The notes beneath the pieces were generated by a model, which searched no databases, was not told where the DNA came from, and was given only the letters and a program-made list of their open reading frames with translations. 64,000 bases of DNA, from the NCBI GenBank assembly GCA_963805855.1, contig CAWDVW010000007.1, positions 1-64,000 of the forward strand. The letters are read 5' to 3'. A program made the position numbers and the translations under genes. Shown in pieces: positions 17,753 to 29,800 of the stretch. This stretch comes from Candidatus Dadabacteria bacterium (lineage in GTDB: Bacteria > Desulfobacterota_D > UBA1144 > Nemesobacterales > CSP1-2). The first letter of the stretch is position 1. Each line of letters starts with the position of its first letter.

Positions 17753-18630
17753 AGTAGTATCTCGGTTCCGATACCAGCGTCGGTAAATATTTCAAGAATA
17801 AGAGCTCTCTCAACCCTCCCATCGATTATGTGAACTTTATCAACACCCTCGTGTAATGACTCTATGGCACACATAACCTTGGGGATCATCCCGCTTGATA
17901 TTGCGCCCTTCCTGATCAGATCCCTGGCCGAAGATTCGGTGAGTGTCGAGATGAGACTTTTGTCACTATCTAGTATTCCTGGAACGTTTGTAAGTATTAT
18001 TAGCTTCACTGCATTTAGGGCTCCGGCTATTTTGCCTGCGACGTGATCGGCATTTATGTTATAGGTTCCACCATCTTCACCAAACCCGATTGGGGCGATG
18101 ACTGGGATATAACCAGCGTTCTCTAAGACCCTTATCAGATTTGGATTTATCTTTTCCACCTCTCCGACCATACCAAGATCTTCGTCCTTGGATATTTCTA
18201 GATTGTTTTCTAGGGCAAGTTTTGAAAGGTCGATCTTTCTAGCGAGAATTATTTTGCCTTCCTTACCCGAAATACCAACCGCGTTTCCTCCCAGGGTTTG
18301 GATCGCAGCAACTATTTTTTGGTTTATTTTCCCGACCAGAACCATTTCCACCACTTCCATCGTCTCCGAATCCGTGACCCGAAGCCCGGCAACAAACCTT
18401 GATTCTTTTCCTAGCCTATCGAGAAGGTTTCCGATCTGGGGGCCGCCACCGTGCACGACAACCGGGTTCATACCGACATATCTCATCAAAACTATATCCC
18501 TGGCAAAATTATAAAGCTCTTCATCTCCAACGCTACCACCATACTTAATTACTATGGTCTTTCCATGAAAATCCTTTATATATGGAAGAGCCTCAACCAG
18601 TGTCTGTGCTTTCTCAATTAAGTGTTTCAT
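17749..18630 (-). CDS. argB: Acetylglutamate kinase
   Basis: 'IVIKYGG', 'VVHGGGPQI', 'GLRVTD', 'YNINAD', 'GMIPKV'. Confidence 0.96.
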   Translation of the reverse strand: MKHLIEKAQTLVEALPYIKDFHGKTIVIKYGGSVGDEELYNFARDIVLMRYVGMNPVVVHGGGPQIGNLLDRLGKESRFVAGLRVTDSETMEVVEMVLVGKINQKIVAAIQTLGGNAVGISGKEGKIILARKIDLSKLALENNLEISKDEDLGMVGEVEKINPNLIRVLENAGYIPVIAPIGFGEDGGTYNINADHVAGKIAGALNAVKLIILTNVPGILDSDKSLISTLTESSARDLIRKGAISSGMIPKVMCAIESLHEGVDKVHIIDGRVERALILEIFTDAGIGTEILL

Positions 18631-18828
18631 TACTCTATAGTAAATCTAAAAGAGTAAACTGGGTATTATATAGAAAATATAATTTATTGCCAATTATGAT
18701 CCTCTAATTTGTTTGGAAATCAAATTAATAAGCGTGCCGAAATTCAAAAGTAGATTGAGATTTCCGGAGATGAGATTTGCGACATGAGGATTTAGAATAT
18801 TCAAATGAGTGACGGTTATTATTGAACC

Positions 18829-19449
18829 TCATATTTTACGTTCGTCATTTTCATGTTCTTTGACCTTTTCCAAAATAGCATCAGCGAGTTTCTCTCCTCC
18901 TTGTTCCGATGGTTCGATCGGTGTCGCATAATCTTTATCCTCGTCAAAAATGATTCTAAGATCGATCAACCTTGAACGCGATGTGAGTGCTTCACTTATG
19001 ATACAGTCATTAAAGATTGACAATGCTAGTTTTGACATTTTTTGTATATAGGGATCAGGAAATCTTGGGTGGTATATCGTGCAAATTAGCGTAGGCAGCT
19101 TGTAACTACGAACATTCTTAAGCATCGTTCGATAATTGTTACGGAAATCGTCTTGCAGATCTGCCAGCTGAAGTAAAACCTCAGAAACTGAGTTCGCTCT
19201 CTCACTGAGGATGTCCGCGTGGCTGAGGGCGTCATTTCCTCCCACACTTAATACCAGAAAGCTTGCGTCTTCCGGAAGTTGAGTCAGTTGATATATTATG
19301 TCATTTATCATGCTTCCATCTCTTGCTAGAAGAGTCGCTTTCCAGCCATCTGGAAGTCTATTCCTCAGGATGTTTATAACGTCCGAATTGAATGGTACGT
19401 ATGCGGCATTGTCCAATATGGAATCTCCCAGCAAAATAATATGTTGCAT
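18829..19449 (-). CDS. SGNH/GDSL hydrolase family protein
   Basis: 'ILLGDSILDN', 'SVGGND', C-terminal 'DYATPIEPS'. Confidence 0.82.
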   Translation of the reverse strand: MQHIILLGDSILDNAAYVPFNSDVINILRNRLPDGWKATLLARDGSMINDIIYQLTQLPEDASFLVLSVGGNDALSHADILSERANSVSEVLLQLADLQDDFRNNYRTMLKNVRSYKLPTLICTIYHPRFPDPYIQKMSKLALSIFNDCIISEALTSRSRLIDLRIIFDEDKDYATPIEPSEQGGEKLADAILEKVKEHENDERKI

Positions 19450-19544
19450 TTTATCGGTCCAAAATGAATTGTATCTTGTATATCCTTATAAGAACCGGAA
19501 TTGATGTTCGTAGCACCTTTAATTATAATTTCTATCGGGATTAA

Positions 19545-20552
19545 ATGATAGGCAGAATATTCAGGGGCAAAGCACCAAATCATGTTTCAGATCCGAAATG
19601 GCTCATTTCGCGCTCCGATTACACGCCTTCATACCTGCTTACCTACGAGACCGACAGACGTATTTTTCAGGAAAAGGTGGAAAGGGCTCTTGAAGTGCTT
19701 CGAAACTGTGAGGTCTGTCCGCGTAACTGTCATATAAATAGACTTGAAGATCGAACCGCGGTGTGCAGGTCGGGCCGTTATTCATACGTCGCAAGCGCAT
19801 TTCCACATTTTGGTGAAGAAGATTGTCTGAGGGGTTGGAGAGGGTCCGGAACCATCTTCTTTTCCTTTTGCAATTTGAAATGTGTCTTCTGTCAGAACTT
19901 TGACATCTCTTGGGAGGGAAATGGGCAAGTGCTTACGCCTGAACAGCTCGCTGGTGTTATGATTCATCTTCAGGAGGCGGGATGTCATAACATTAATTTC
20001 GTGACTCCTGAGCATGTTGTCCCGCAGGTCATTGAGGCAATACCAATAGCAATTAACAGGGGTTTGAATTTGCCGATAGTTTATAACACCAGCGCCTATG
20101 ACTCCATGCATTCGCTTCGGTTGATGGAGGGCATAGTGGATATTTATATGCCGGACTTTAAGTTCTGGGATGGAGAAAAGTCCTTCCTTTACATGGCTGC
20201 CAGGGATTATCCTGTAACTGCCAGAGCGGCAATAAGGGAAATGCATCGTCAGGTCGGTCCGCTAAGATTTGACAATGATGGCCTGGCATTAAGGGGGCTT
20301 CTCGTTCGTCATTTGGTTATGCCGAACCGTGTTTCCCATACACGAGAGATTTGTAGATTCATTGCAAATGAAGTATCAAGGGATACCTATATAAACGTAA
20401 TGGATCAATACAGGCCGGTGGGTAGGGTGCTAAGAAAACCTGAAAAGTACCAAGCGATAAACCGCAGGACTACCAGTTCCGAATATGAGGAAGCTCTAGC
20501 CATTGCCCGTGAAGAAGGTCTTTACCGCATAGATCAAAGGCGGATGCATTAA
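19545..20552 (+). CDS. Radical SAM protein, PflX-like
   Basis: 'CNLKCVFCQN', 'HFGEEDCL', 'GCHNINFVTP', 'DIYMPDFKF', 'LLVRHLVMP'. Confidence 0.9.
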   Translation: MIGRIFRGKAPNHVSDPKWLISRSDYTPSYLLTYETDRRIFQEKVERALEVLRNCEVCPRNCHINRLEDRTAVCRSGRYSYVASAFPHFGEEDCLRGWRGSGTIFFSFCNLKCVFCQNFDISWEGNGQVLTPEQLAGVMIHLQEAGCHNINFVTPEHVVPQVIEAIPIAINRGLNLPIVYNTSAYDSMHSLRLMEGIVDIYMPDFKFWDGEKSFLYMAARDYPVTARAAIREMHRQVGPLRFDNDGLALRGLLVRHLVMPNRVSHTREICRFIANEVSRDTYINVMDQYRPVGRVLRKPEKYQAINRRTTSSEYEEALAIAREEGLYRIDQRRMH

Positions 20553-20657
20553 TAGAAAAGTTCAAAGCCTTCTTTGTCGTATTCGCTGTTTCTTGTTATT
20601 GCCACGTCAGGACATGCATTCTTTAGGCATTGGTTTTCGATTTTTTCAGCGGTGACC

Positions 20658-21914
20658 TTAGGTTTCAGGTACTATGGTGTAGATATTTCCATCGAAACAG
20701 AGCACGTATAGCTCATTATTTTCATCTATACCAAAGGAAACTAGACAAAAGTCGTCAAAATCGACAAGCTCGGTATTACGGAAATCGTTTACCCCGTCAA
20801 ATTGCAAGCCCCAAACACGACCTGAAAAATAATCACCGTAGACATATACGCCCTCAAGCTGAGTCACATCCTTACCTCGATAAACGAAACCGCCGATTAT
20901 TGTACGGTCGTTATCGATACGTCCATAGTCGAAAATCGGTTTCTCCAGACCGCTTTCATCACAGTCTGATGGGGGATCGAAACAGGAAAATCCTTCCATA
21001 ATAGGCCAGCCGTAATTTTTTCCCTTTTCTATTATGTCCACTTCTTCTCTTGCGGCCTCGCCAACATCTCCCGCCCATAATTTCCCTGTCGCTAAATCGA
21101 AACTCATTCTAAAGACGTTTCTAAGACCGTAAGCGTAAATTTCCTCCCTGATGCCTTCATTGTTTCCAGAGAAGGGGTTATCGTCAGGAATTTCATAGTT
21201 AAGATTATCCTGCGGATTATCCACATCAATCCTGAGAACTGTGCCAAACAGATTTGTTGGATCCTGAGCTCTCCCACCAGCACCTAAGGCGGGACCGCCA
21301 TCACCAACGGCGATATACAAGAAGCCATCGTCTGGACCAAAAACAAGCTGGCCACCATTGTGGAAAACGTCGGGTTGAACAATTTCGAGGATGAGATTTT
21401 CACTTTCCGGATCTGCTTTGTTTGGATCTGTGGGGCTTAAGGTGAAGCTGGATATCACATTTCTTAGGGGATTATCTGCAATGTAATTAACGTAAACGCG
21501 ACCATTATTTTCATAGTCAGGATGAAAAGCAAATCCAAGAAGACCTAGTTCACCTCCGTCAAATAAAACTTTGGCCTGTATATCCAGGAAGACCTCCGAT
21601 TCATTACATTCTTTGGCTTGGGCTTGCACTGCGCCACCCTGGGTGCAAAATAAAACTTTAATTACTCCTCTGTGCTCGGCGACGAACAGGCGGCCCGTAC
21701 CATCACGTGGACTTTGCAGGTCGATGGGGCGATCAAATGAAATATCAGGGAAAGCATTTTCCAGTTTAAATTTTATTTGACTGAGATCGACAAAATCTGA
21801 GCCACCGCCATCTTGGCCAGGAGCGGTAGGGCTCGATTCTCCTCCGCCCGAGTCGCATGATAAGATTGGAACTATTAGTAACAGGGGTAACATTAATATG
21901 TATCTAGATCGCAT
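20658..21914 (-). CDS. PQQ-dependent glucose/sorbosone dehydrogenase family lipoprotein
   Basis: Lipobox 'ILSC', 'GLLGFAFHPDY', 'HNGGQLVFGPD', 'YAYGLRN', 'NYGWP'. Confidence 0.88.
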   Translation of the reverse strand: MRSRYILMLPLLLIVPILSCDSGGGESSPTAPGQDGGGSDFVDLSQIKFKLENAFPDISFDRPIDLQSPRDGTGRLFVAEHRGVIKVLFCTQGGAVQAQAKECNESEVFLDIQAKVLFDGGELGLLGFAFHPDYENNGRVYVNYIADNPLRNVISSFTLSPTDPNKADPESENLILEIVQPDVFHNGGQLVFGPDDGFLYIAVGDGGPALGAGGRAQDPTNLFGTVLRIDVDNPQDNLNYEIPDDNPFSGNNEGIREEIYAYGLRNVFRMSFDLATGKLWAGDVGEAAREEVDIIEKGKNYGWPIMEGFSCFDPPSDCDESGLEKPIFDYGRIDNDRTIIGGFVYRGKDVTQLEGVYVYGDYFSGRVWGLQFDGVNDFRNTELVDFDDFCLVSFGIDENNELYVLCFDGNIYTIVPET

Positions 21915-22211
21915 AATTTGCCTCCTCGAGTACTCTGGTCGTTGCTATAATAAATGTGAGAATAGCATAATTAGTGATAGTATACTCGCTTTTTCATCAA
22001 GTGCTCCCAATAATATTATGTTGGTCACGTGGTTTGATTTTACGTATTAAAAGGCAACAAATAGCAGTCGCGCGGGCTAAGATGAAAAAATAACAGGAGC
22101 CAGCAAAGTCATTGGTCACGTTGACTGGCTAATGTTTTATAACTCGTGAAGGTGTTCTCATTCGAGCAAAAAAAATTAAGATTTCACCCTACTGCGCGGT
22201 ATGATTGTTAA

Positions 22212-23543
22212 TCACAGGATATAACGGCTGAGATCCCTGTCCTTCACAATATCAGAAATCCTGTCTCTGATGTATTTGGCGTCAATAACGACCTTTCCGT
22301 TTTTCATCTCAGGGGCATTAAAGGAGATTTCTTCCAGCATCTTTTCTATGATCGTGTGAAGCCTTCTCGCACCTATATTCTCTGTAGACTCATTTACATA
22401 CGCAGCGGTCTCGGCAATTTCGGTGATAGCATCTTCTTTGAATTCGAGTTCTATGCTCTCCGTTTTAAGCAGCTCGGTATATTGCTTGATCAGTGCATTC
22501 TTTGGTTCTGTAAGAATACTTACAAAGTCTTCGGTGGTGAGTGGCTCTAGTTCGACTCGAATTGGGAATCTGCCTTGTAACTCTGGGATGAGATCAGACG
22601 GTTTTGATACGTGAAAGGCTCCTGCCCCGATAAAAAGGATGTGATCGGTGCTAACAATCCCATGCTTTGTGTTTACCGTGCAACCCTCTATTATCGGCAG
22701 TAAGTCCCTTTGAACACCCTCTCTTGAAACATCGGGTCCCCCTGCAGTCTCTCTGGCGGCAATCTTGTCAATCTCATCAATGAAGATGATTCCGGCTTGT
22801 TCAACCCTCTCGATAGCAAGTTTTACTACTTTGTCAGTATCAATTAATTTCTGAGCTTCCTCATGGATCAGAATCTCCCTTGCTTCAGGTACTTTGACCT
22901 TTCTTTTCTTTGTGCGTTTTGGAAAAAGGTTGCCAAGCATATCGGAGATATTCACGTCCATCTCTTCTACACCAGACGGTGTAAAAACTTGCAGTGGGAA
23001 GTTTCTTGAAGTTACTTCAACGTCGACGTACCTGTCATCGAGTTTTCTCTCTCTTAGCAATTTCCTCAGTTTCTCTCTTGTATCACCCTGGGTTACTTCA
23101 TCAGCTTCATTACTTTTACTCTTTGGATATAAGAGATCTAGTATCCTTTCCTCCGCTAGATCTTCAGCTTTTGACTGAACCGTGTGTTTTTCTTCCTCTG
23201 TGATGTCCCTGATTGCGATGTCGGTAAGGTCACGTATCATGGATTCAACGTCTCTACCCACGTAACCGACTTCAGTGAACTTGGATGCTTCAACCTTGAG
23301 GAAGGGAGCTTGGGCGAGCTTCGCCAGTCTTCTCGCAATCTCTGTCTTCCCAACACCTGTTGGGCCAATCATAAATATGTTTTTTGGCGCGATCTCGTCT
23401 CTGAGATCAGGATGTACGTGTTGGCGCCTCCAGCGGTTTCTCAGCGCTATGGCTACGGCTCTTTTCGCCTTTTGTTGACCTATTATATACTTATCTAATT
23501 CTGAGACGATTTCTCTAGGGGTAAAGAATGGTTTATTGGTCAT
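22212..23543 (-). CDS. hslU: ATP-dependent protease ATPase subunit HslU
   Basis: '[16 protein letters not shown]', 'GPTGVGKTE', 'GYVGRDV', 'ENIGARRL', C-terminal 'DLSRYIL'. Confidence 0.98.
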   Translation of the reverse strand: MTNKPFFTPREIVSELDKYIIGQQKAKRAVAIALRNRWRRQHVHPDLRDEIAPKNIFMIGPTGVGKTEIARRLAKLAQAPFLKVEASKFTEVGYVGRDVESMIRDLTDIAIRDITEEEKHTVQSKAEDLAEERILDLLYPKSKSNEADEVTQGDTREKLRKLLRERKLDDRYVDVEVTSRNFPLQVFTPSGVEEMDVNISDMLGNLFPKRTKKRKVKVPEAREILIHEEAQKLIDTDKVVKLAIERVEQAGIIFIDEIDKIAARETAGGPDVSREGVQRDLLPIIEGCTVNTKHGIVSTDHILFIGAGAFHVSKPSDLIPELQGRFPIRVELEPLTTEDFVSILTEPKNALIKQYTELLKTESIELEFKEDAITEIAETAAYVNESTENIGARRLHTIIEKMLEEISFNAPEMKNGKVVIDAKYIRDRISDIVKDRDLSRYIL

Positions 23544-24081
23544 GATCGGATAATTCCTCTATGATAATCTTGTCATTTGTGTAAATGCATAGGTCTGCGG
23601 CTATCTTGAGTGACTCTTCGACAATTTCGCGTGCCCCTAAGTTCGAATGCTTTAAAAGCGCGATCGATGCAGATTGGGCGTAGGGACCACCAGAACCAAT
23701 AGCGATTACGTTCTCATCTGGTTCCAAAACATCCCCGCTACCAGAGATCAGGAACATATTTTTTTTGTCGGCTATTGCTAATAATGCTTCCAGTCTTCTC
23801 AAAACCCTGTCGGTTCGCCAATCCTTGGCGAGTTCGACGGCGGCTCTTCTGAGGTTACCTCTATATTCTTCGAGCTTTGCTTCGAATTTGTCAAAAAGGG
23901 TGATTGCATCAGCAGTCGCGCCGGCAAACCCAACAATTACTTTGTTATTGTAAATCTTCCTCACCTTTTTCGCGGTGTGTTTTATCGCTGTTTGACCCAG
24001 TGTTATCTGGCCATCTCCCCCCATAGCGACCATTCCATTTTTGCTTACGCAAAGTATTGTAGTTCCATGGGATTTGTGCAT
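23533..24081 (-). CDS. hslV: ATP-dependent protease peptidase subunit HslV
   Basis: 'GTTI', 'GFAGATADA', 'LAKDWRTDR', 'IGSGG', 'CIYTN'. Confidence 0.97.
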   Translation of the reverse strand: MHKSHGTTILCVSKNGMVAMGGDGQITLGQTAIKHTAKKVRKIYNNKVIVGFAGATADAITLFDKFEAKLEEYRGNLRRAAVELAKDWRTDRVLRRLEALLAIADKKNMFLISGSGDVLEPDENVIAIGSGGPYAQSASIALLKHSNLGAREIVEESLKIAADLCIYTNDKIIIEELSDHDQ

Positions 24082-24083
24082 TT

Positions 24084-24977
24084 CTAGGCTCGTGGATGAG
24101 TTTTATCGTAAATTTCCATAATCTTCTCAATTGAGGCATGGGTATATCGTTGAGTCGTTGATAGGCTCTTGTGGCCGAGCATCTCTTGTATGGCACGGAG
24201 GTCCGCGCCGCTTCCAAGAAGATGGGTTGCAAATGTATGTCTCAAGACATGTGGACTGATGTTCTTTGGAATTCCTGACAAGTTAGCGTACTTTTTCACT
24301 ATCCTTGCTATGCTTCTTACGGATAACCTACCACCCCGTGAGTTTATAAAGAGATAATCAACCTTTGGAGTAAGTTCGTTTCTCTTTTCTAAAAAATATT
24401 TAATTGAATCTATTGCCTTGGAACCTATGGGCACCATACGCTCTACGCCACCCTTTCCGAGAACCTTGACGAATGAGGACGTAAGATCAGTATCGCCGGT
24501 TTTAATGCCATTAAGCTCACTTACCCTCAATCCACATGAATAGAGCAGTTCGAGTATTGCTCGATCCCTGAGTCCCAAGACTTCATTGTCATTTGGTTTT
24601 TCTACCAGTACAAATACTTCATCTACAGTCAGGAATGCGGGGGTTCGTCTTTCCCCCTTTGGGATCGGGACAAGCTTAGCTGGATTTCTCGCTATATTGC
24701 CCTCTCTTATCAAAAATTCTATAAAGTTTCTGATCGAAGTCAGCTTCCTTGAGATTGAGGCTTTGGAATTCTTATGGTAAAGCCCCCCTATAAACTCTCT
24801 TACATCAATCTCTTCTATTTTTGTTATGTCTACGTTTTTTGTATCGACGGGCAATCTATTTTTCTTCAAAAAATTCATGAATTGTATCAGGTCTGTCATG
24901 TATGCCCTGACCGTATGTTCAGAATAATTTCGTTCCGCGACCAGATAGTTCTTATATCTTTCAATATGATCGATCAT
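24084..24977 (-). CDS. xerC: Tyrosine recombinase XerC
   Basis: '[19 protein letters not shown]', 'GKG', '[12 protein letters not shown]', 'QEMLGH', 'TQRYTH'; xerC-hslV-hslU synteny. Confidence 0.92.
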   Translation of the reverse strand: MIDHIERYKNYLVAERNYSEHTVRAYMTDLIQFMNFLKKNRLPVDTKNVDITKIEEIDVREFIGGLYHKNSKASISRKLTSIRNFIEFLIREGNIARNPAKLVPIPKGERRTPAFLTVDEVFVLVEKPNDNEVLGLRDRAILELLYSCGLRVSELNGIKTGDTDLTSSFVKVLGKGGVERMVPIGSKAIDSIKYFLEKRNELTPKVDYLFINSRGGRLSVRSIARIVKKYANLSGIPKNISPHVLRHTFATHLLGSGADLRAIQEMLGHKSLSTTQRYTHASIEKIMEIYDKTHPRA

Positions 24978-25112
24978 AATTTTAATGACATTAATATAAA
25001 CACCCCTCTTTAGCTTTTCAAATTTGGAAAGAGGGATTAGATGCGATTAGTAAAGAAAACCGAAGGTTTCGCAGGCGGACTGCTAAGTGAGGTTTAATTA
25101 ATAATTGTCAAG

Positions 25113-26516
25113 TTAATTTAACTCAAATACCATTTGATTCTTAGACAGTTCATCATAAAACAAACCAGAAGGCTCTATTCTTTTTGCGCCTATGTATCTT
25201 TTCTTATAGTAATTAAAGTTTAGATCGTCGATTGTTACCATTTTGGATCTAGATGAAGCATGTATGAATTTGTTATCTCCAAGATATATGCCGACATGTG
25301 AAGGGTATCTCGCGTATGTCCTAAAAAATACGAGGTCACCAGTTGCAAGTTGGCTCTTTTGTACATATCTGCCAACGTGATATATATCGCGTGCAGTTCT
25401 AGGCAGTTCGATATTTAGACTCCCAAATACCTTTTTCACAAACGCCGAGCAGTCTAAACCGGTAGAAGGAGAGTTGCCGCCAAACTTATACGGAACTCCA
25501 AGAAACATCAATGCTGTATTGATAATTCGATTCGTTATTAGATTGAAATTATTATCGGTGTGTCGTTTTTGTTTATAATAATCAACCTTTTCATCGAGGG
25601 ATTTACGATTCGATGCGTTTGGAATATTGAAATCTTGATGTCTGGTTTCACCTGTCATTGTTCCGACTTGAATTGCACATTCTTTTTCATATTTTGAATC
25701 AGGAATTATTAATATCTCTCCTGCTTTAACTGTATCATCGGTGATTCGATTTGCTCGTTTTATAGAATCGATTGGCACATCAAACCTCTTTGATAGTTCT
25801 TCAATACTATCCCCGTCTTCCACTATGTACTTAATTGAGGGTTTTTCAAGTGTGATGTTTCTTATTATGCCATTGGTTCCCGTAGAAGGTATTTTCAGTA
25901 TTACCCCGGTTTTCAATCTGGTTCTCGAAAGTCCATTCGAATAGATTAATTCATTAACGGTTACACCGAAGTTACTTGCGATTTTGTTTAATGTATCTCC
26001 CTTTTTCACAATATACTGGATCGGAGGTAGGGGCTCGGAGGTTTGTATGGCCGATGGTTGATGGTTATGCATACCGTCGGGAATTTTAACCTCATTTTTA
26101 AGTTGATTGACTTTATGATCGGTCAAAGTGAAGGAGGGGATAATTAGGTTTTGTCCAATTTTGATTTTATCCTTATTCAGGTTGTTTGCTGATTTTATAT
26201 CATTTATCGACACTCCAAATTTATCAGCTATCTCTAACAAAGTGTCACCTCGAACAACTTTGTATTCTTGATTGTTCGAGGTGTCAGCTGTTGCATGATC
26301 TAATTCGCCCACTGATTCCGGAATAAATATAATATCGCCGGCATAAATTTTATCTCTTTTTAAGCCATTAACTCTCTTTAATTCGCCAACTGTGATTTTA
26401 AATTTTCCTGATAGTTCAGCTAGGGTGTCACCTTTTTTAACCATGTAATTATAGGCGGAGACGTTCGAGGAAAAGCATAATGCCACTACAAGTAATATAA
26501 GTCGCCTTAGGACCAT
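25113..26516 (-). CDS. Peptidoglycan endopeptidase, 4x LysM + NlpC/P60
   Basis: Signal peptide; four 'YxVxxGD[TS]' LysM repeats; 'GLDCSAF', 'SHVGIY', 'FIHAS'. Confidence 0.93.
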   Translation of the reverse strand: MVLRRLILLVVALCFSSNVSAYNYMVKKGDTLAELSGKFKITVGELKRVNGLKRDKIYAGDIIFIPESVGELDHATADTSNNQEYKVVRGDTLLEIADKFGVSINDIKSANNLNKDKIKIGQNLIIPSFTLTDHKVNQLKNEVKIPDGMHNHQPSAIQTSEPLPPIQYIVKKGDTLNKIASNFGVTVNELIYSNGLSRTRLKTGVILKIPSTGTNGIIRNITLEKPSIKYIVEDGDSIEELSKRFDVPIDSIKRANRITDDTVKAGEILIIPDSKYEKECAIQVGTMTGETRHQDFNIPNASNRKSLDEKVDYYKQKRHTDNNFNLITNRIINTALMFLGVPYKFGGNSPSTGLDCSAFVKKVFGSLNIELPRTARDIYHVGRYVQKSQLATGDLVFFRTYARYPSHVGIYLGDNKFIHASSRSKMVTIDDLNFNYYKKRYIGAKRIEPSGLFYDELSKNQMVFELN

Positions 26517-26652
26517 TACCCATCCTCCTTAGGTGGAAATTTTCGGGAATAAATGCCCAACCATGGAGCAAGTCAGTAAAGCAATACAGTCGTTTATGGT
26601 GCCACGACTTGAGAAAAGCTAGTGATTTCAAAGAGCGATTAAGAATTTCGAG

Positions 26653-26682
26653 ATTATACCTCAAACCTTAGTTAATTGTAAA
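26653..26682 (-). promoter_or_regulatory. Probable sigma70 promoter of the LysM-NlpC gene
   Basis: Minus strand TTTACA-18 nt-TATAAT. Confidence 0.45.
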
Positions 26683-26872
26683 GGGCTATATGAATTTTCA
26701 ATGTTTTCCGAATAATACGCCACGGAACAATGATAATAGCCAGTCCGACTTGATTGTAGAATTCTTTGGCGGTACACTAGATTCAATGATAGCGTGTCGA
26801 CAGAAGGCACTTTCAAATCGCTAACTGTTTTGAGTTTGTTTGAACATTACTAAGATGGAGTGTGAATCCAGC

Positions 26873-29800
26873 ATGGAAAATTGTCCAGATAGGAATGGAT
26901 ATCAAAGCTCTTTGTACGATCCATATTATGAACATGACGCATGCGGTGTAGGTTTTATTGCTGATATATCTGGTAATAAGAGCCACAAAATAGTTGAGTT
27001 GGCAATCGAAGCAGTTGTCAACCTAACTCATCGAGGAGCTGTTGATGCAGATGCAAAAACAGGGGATGGTGCGGGGATTCTCACCCAGATCCCAGTAAAA
27101 CTCTTTAAGAAGGAAATAAATAAGCTTGGATACCGTATCTCGAATGATACCGACTTTGCTGTTGGGATGATTTTTCTTCCTGAAGATAATCCCGTTGCTC
27201 AGGAGCGCTGTAAAACGATAGTTGAAGAGGTTATTGAGCATAATGGGTTAATTCTGTTTGGGTGGAGGCCGGTACCAGTTGATAGCTCTGTGCTCGGAGA
27301 TAAAGCCGCCTCGACTAGGCCAGAAATTTTACAGGTTTTAATAGGTCGAAAGGGGAATTTGTCAGATGATGCATTTGAGAGAAAACTTTATATAGTGAGA
27401 AAGGAAATCGAACAGCACGTGGCTAGAAAAGGGAAAAGATGGATTTTATATACCTTCATTTTCCCATCGCACCATAGTTTACAAAGGACTTTTTGTTGCG
27501 CCACAGCTCAGGCGGTTTTATCTCGATCTACAAAACCCTGATTTTGAAAGTAGTTTAGCCGTATTCCATCAGCGTTATAGCACGAATACTTTTCCTAATT
27601 GGTTTCTTGCCCAACCATTCAGAATGCTTGGACATAATGGTGAAATCAACACACTTCGGGGAAATCAAAACTGGATGCGAGCAAGGGAACCGGAACTTAC
27701 ATCCCCCATTTGGAAAAAGAGGATTAAAAAAATCGTTCCTATCATACAACCAGGTGGCAGTGATTCTGCTAACTTGGATAATGTACTCGAGCTATTGGTA
27801 ATGTCCGGGAGAGATCTCAGGCATGCGGTCACAATGTTAATACCAGAGGCATATGAAAATATGCAATTCATGGATCCTGCTTTAAAAGATTATTATGAAT
27901 ATCATTCCTGTATTTCCGAGCCATGGGATGGTCCTTCCGCCATAGCTTTCAGTGACGGGAGGATAGTTGGCTCTTCCCTGGATAGAAATGGACTTCGCCC
28001 TGCTCGTTATATTGTCACAGAGGATGACATCATTATCATGGGATCAGAGGTCGGAATGATTGATATTGAGCCATCCAAAGTAGTTGAAAAGGGTAGGCTT
28101 GGGCCGGGAAAGATTATCGCGGTGGATACCTTGAAGGGTGTCCTTTTGAAGAATGAAGAGGTAAAGCAGCAATTGGCTAGTCAGCGGACCTATAGCGACT
28201 GGATCCATAGGAATATGTTTGACACTCATCCTCTGAATCTAAGATCAAATTGGGAGGGCATAGGGAATTATGATGAACCGGAATTAATTAAGGTTCAAAA
28301 GGTGTTTGGATTTTCGCTAGAGGATTTAGAGCGCGTTTTAGAACCAATGGTGATGAATTCCAAAGAACCTGTTGGATCGATGGGTGATGATACTCCACTC
28401 TCTGTTTTATCCAGGAAGCCGCGATTACTTTTCACCTATTTTAAGCAGAGATTTGCCCAGGTGACCAACCCTCCTATCGATTCCCTCAGAGAACAGTTGG
28501 TAATGTCCCTTGTCACCAGAATTGGTCCCCGAGGGAGTATACTTGACGAACAGGAGAATCATGCGAAATTAATAAAGTTCCATAGTCCTATTCTTACTAA
28601 TGCGGAATTGAAATGGATTAAAGAATTGAGACACCCCGATATCAGCTCTACTGTGCTCAGCTCTGTGTTTGATGCCGCGAAAGGACCAGAGGGGATGGAA
28701 ATCGAGTTGGAAGAGATTTGCAAGGCAGCGTACAAATCCGTAGAGAATGGAAAGAATGTTCTTATTTTAAGTGATCGGGATGTGGGCGTGGATAAGGCCC
28801 CAATTCCTTCACTCCTCGCAGTGAGTGCTATACATCATCATCTCATTCGTAAAGGGGTGAGGATGAGGGCGAGCATCGTGGTAGAAACAGCGGAGGCGAG
28901 AGAGGATCATCACTTCGCATGTCTAATCGGATTTGGAGCCAGCTGCATAAATCCCTATTTGGCATTTGAGACAGTCGCAAACATGGTGAGTAAAGGCGAT
29001 GGGTTGGAAGAGATTGGACTTACCAAGGCTCTAGAGAATTATAGAACGGCGGTAGAAAAAGGAATCCTGAAAATTATGTCAAAAATGGGGATATCAACAG
29101 TAACAAGCTATAGGGGTGCACAGATCTTTGAGGTAATTGGCATAAATAAGTCTGTAATAGAGAAGTATTTTTGTGGCGCTGAATCCAGAATTAGGGGTTT
29201 GGGTTTAAGGGAAATTGCAATTGACATGCTTCGATTTCACGAAGCTGCATTCGACACTGAGGAGACGCGTCTTAGGGAAGTAGGAATCTACAGATTCAGA
29301 AAGGATGGCGAGTATCATGCATTTAATCCAACTGTTTTCAAGGCATTGCATAAGGCCGCTAGAAGTGGTAAATATGAAGATTATGAAAAGTACAGTGAGG
29401 CGGTCGAGGGTCGTCCTCCTATGTCCCTTAGGGATCTTTTAGTTTTTAAAAAGAGAAAGCCCATTCCTCTCGACATGGTTGAGCCTGTCGAGTCAATAGT
29501 AAAGCGATTTTGTGCACCTGGCATGTCGTTTGGTGCCTTGAGTGCCGAGGCACATGAAACTGTGGCGATTGGTATGAATCGAGTTGGGGCTAAGTCGAGT
29601 AGTGGAGAGGGTGGTGAAAATCCAGAAAGGTTTCACCGCCGTCCTAACGGCGATTGGCCCAATAGTCTCATAAAACAGGTTGCTTCCGGCAGGTTTGGGG
29701 TTACTCCGGAATATCTTGCATCCGCTAAGGAGCTTGAGATCAAGATGGCACAAGGATCAAAACCCGGGGAGGGGGGTCAGCTTCCCGGTGCAAAAGTGAG

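Noticed and set aside
24084-24977. Tyrosine recombinase as a prophage or integron integrase
   Set aside because: Its length, motifs and xerC-hslV-hslU synteny indicate housekeeping XerC; no phage genes or attC sites are nearby.
26517-26650. c-di-AMP or c-di-GMP riboswitch in the LysM-NlpC/P60 leader
   Set aside because: The context is suggestive, but I could not find the conserved motifs by eye; an Rfam/Infernal scan would settle it.
27420-27440. Programmed -1 ribosomal frameshift at A-AAA-GGG in gltB
   Set aside because: Restoring the frame needs +1, not -1, and other single-base indels in the window point to sequence error.
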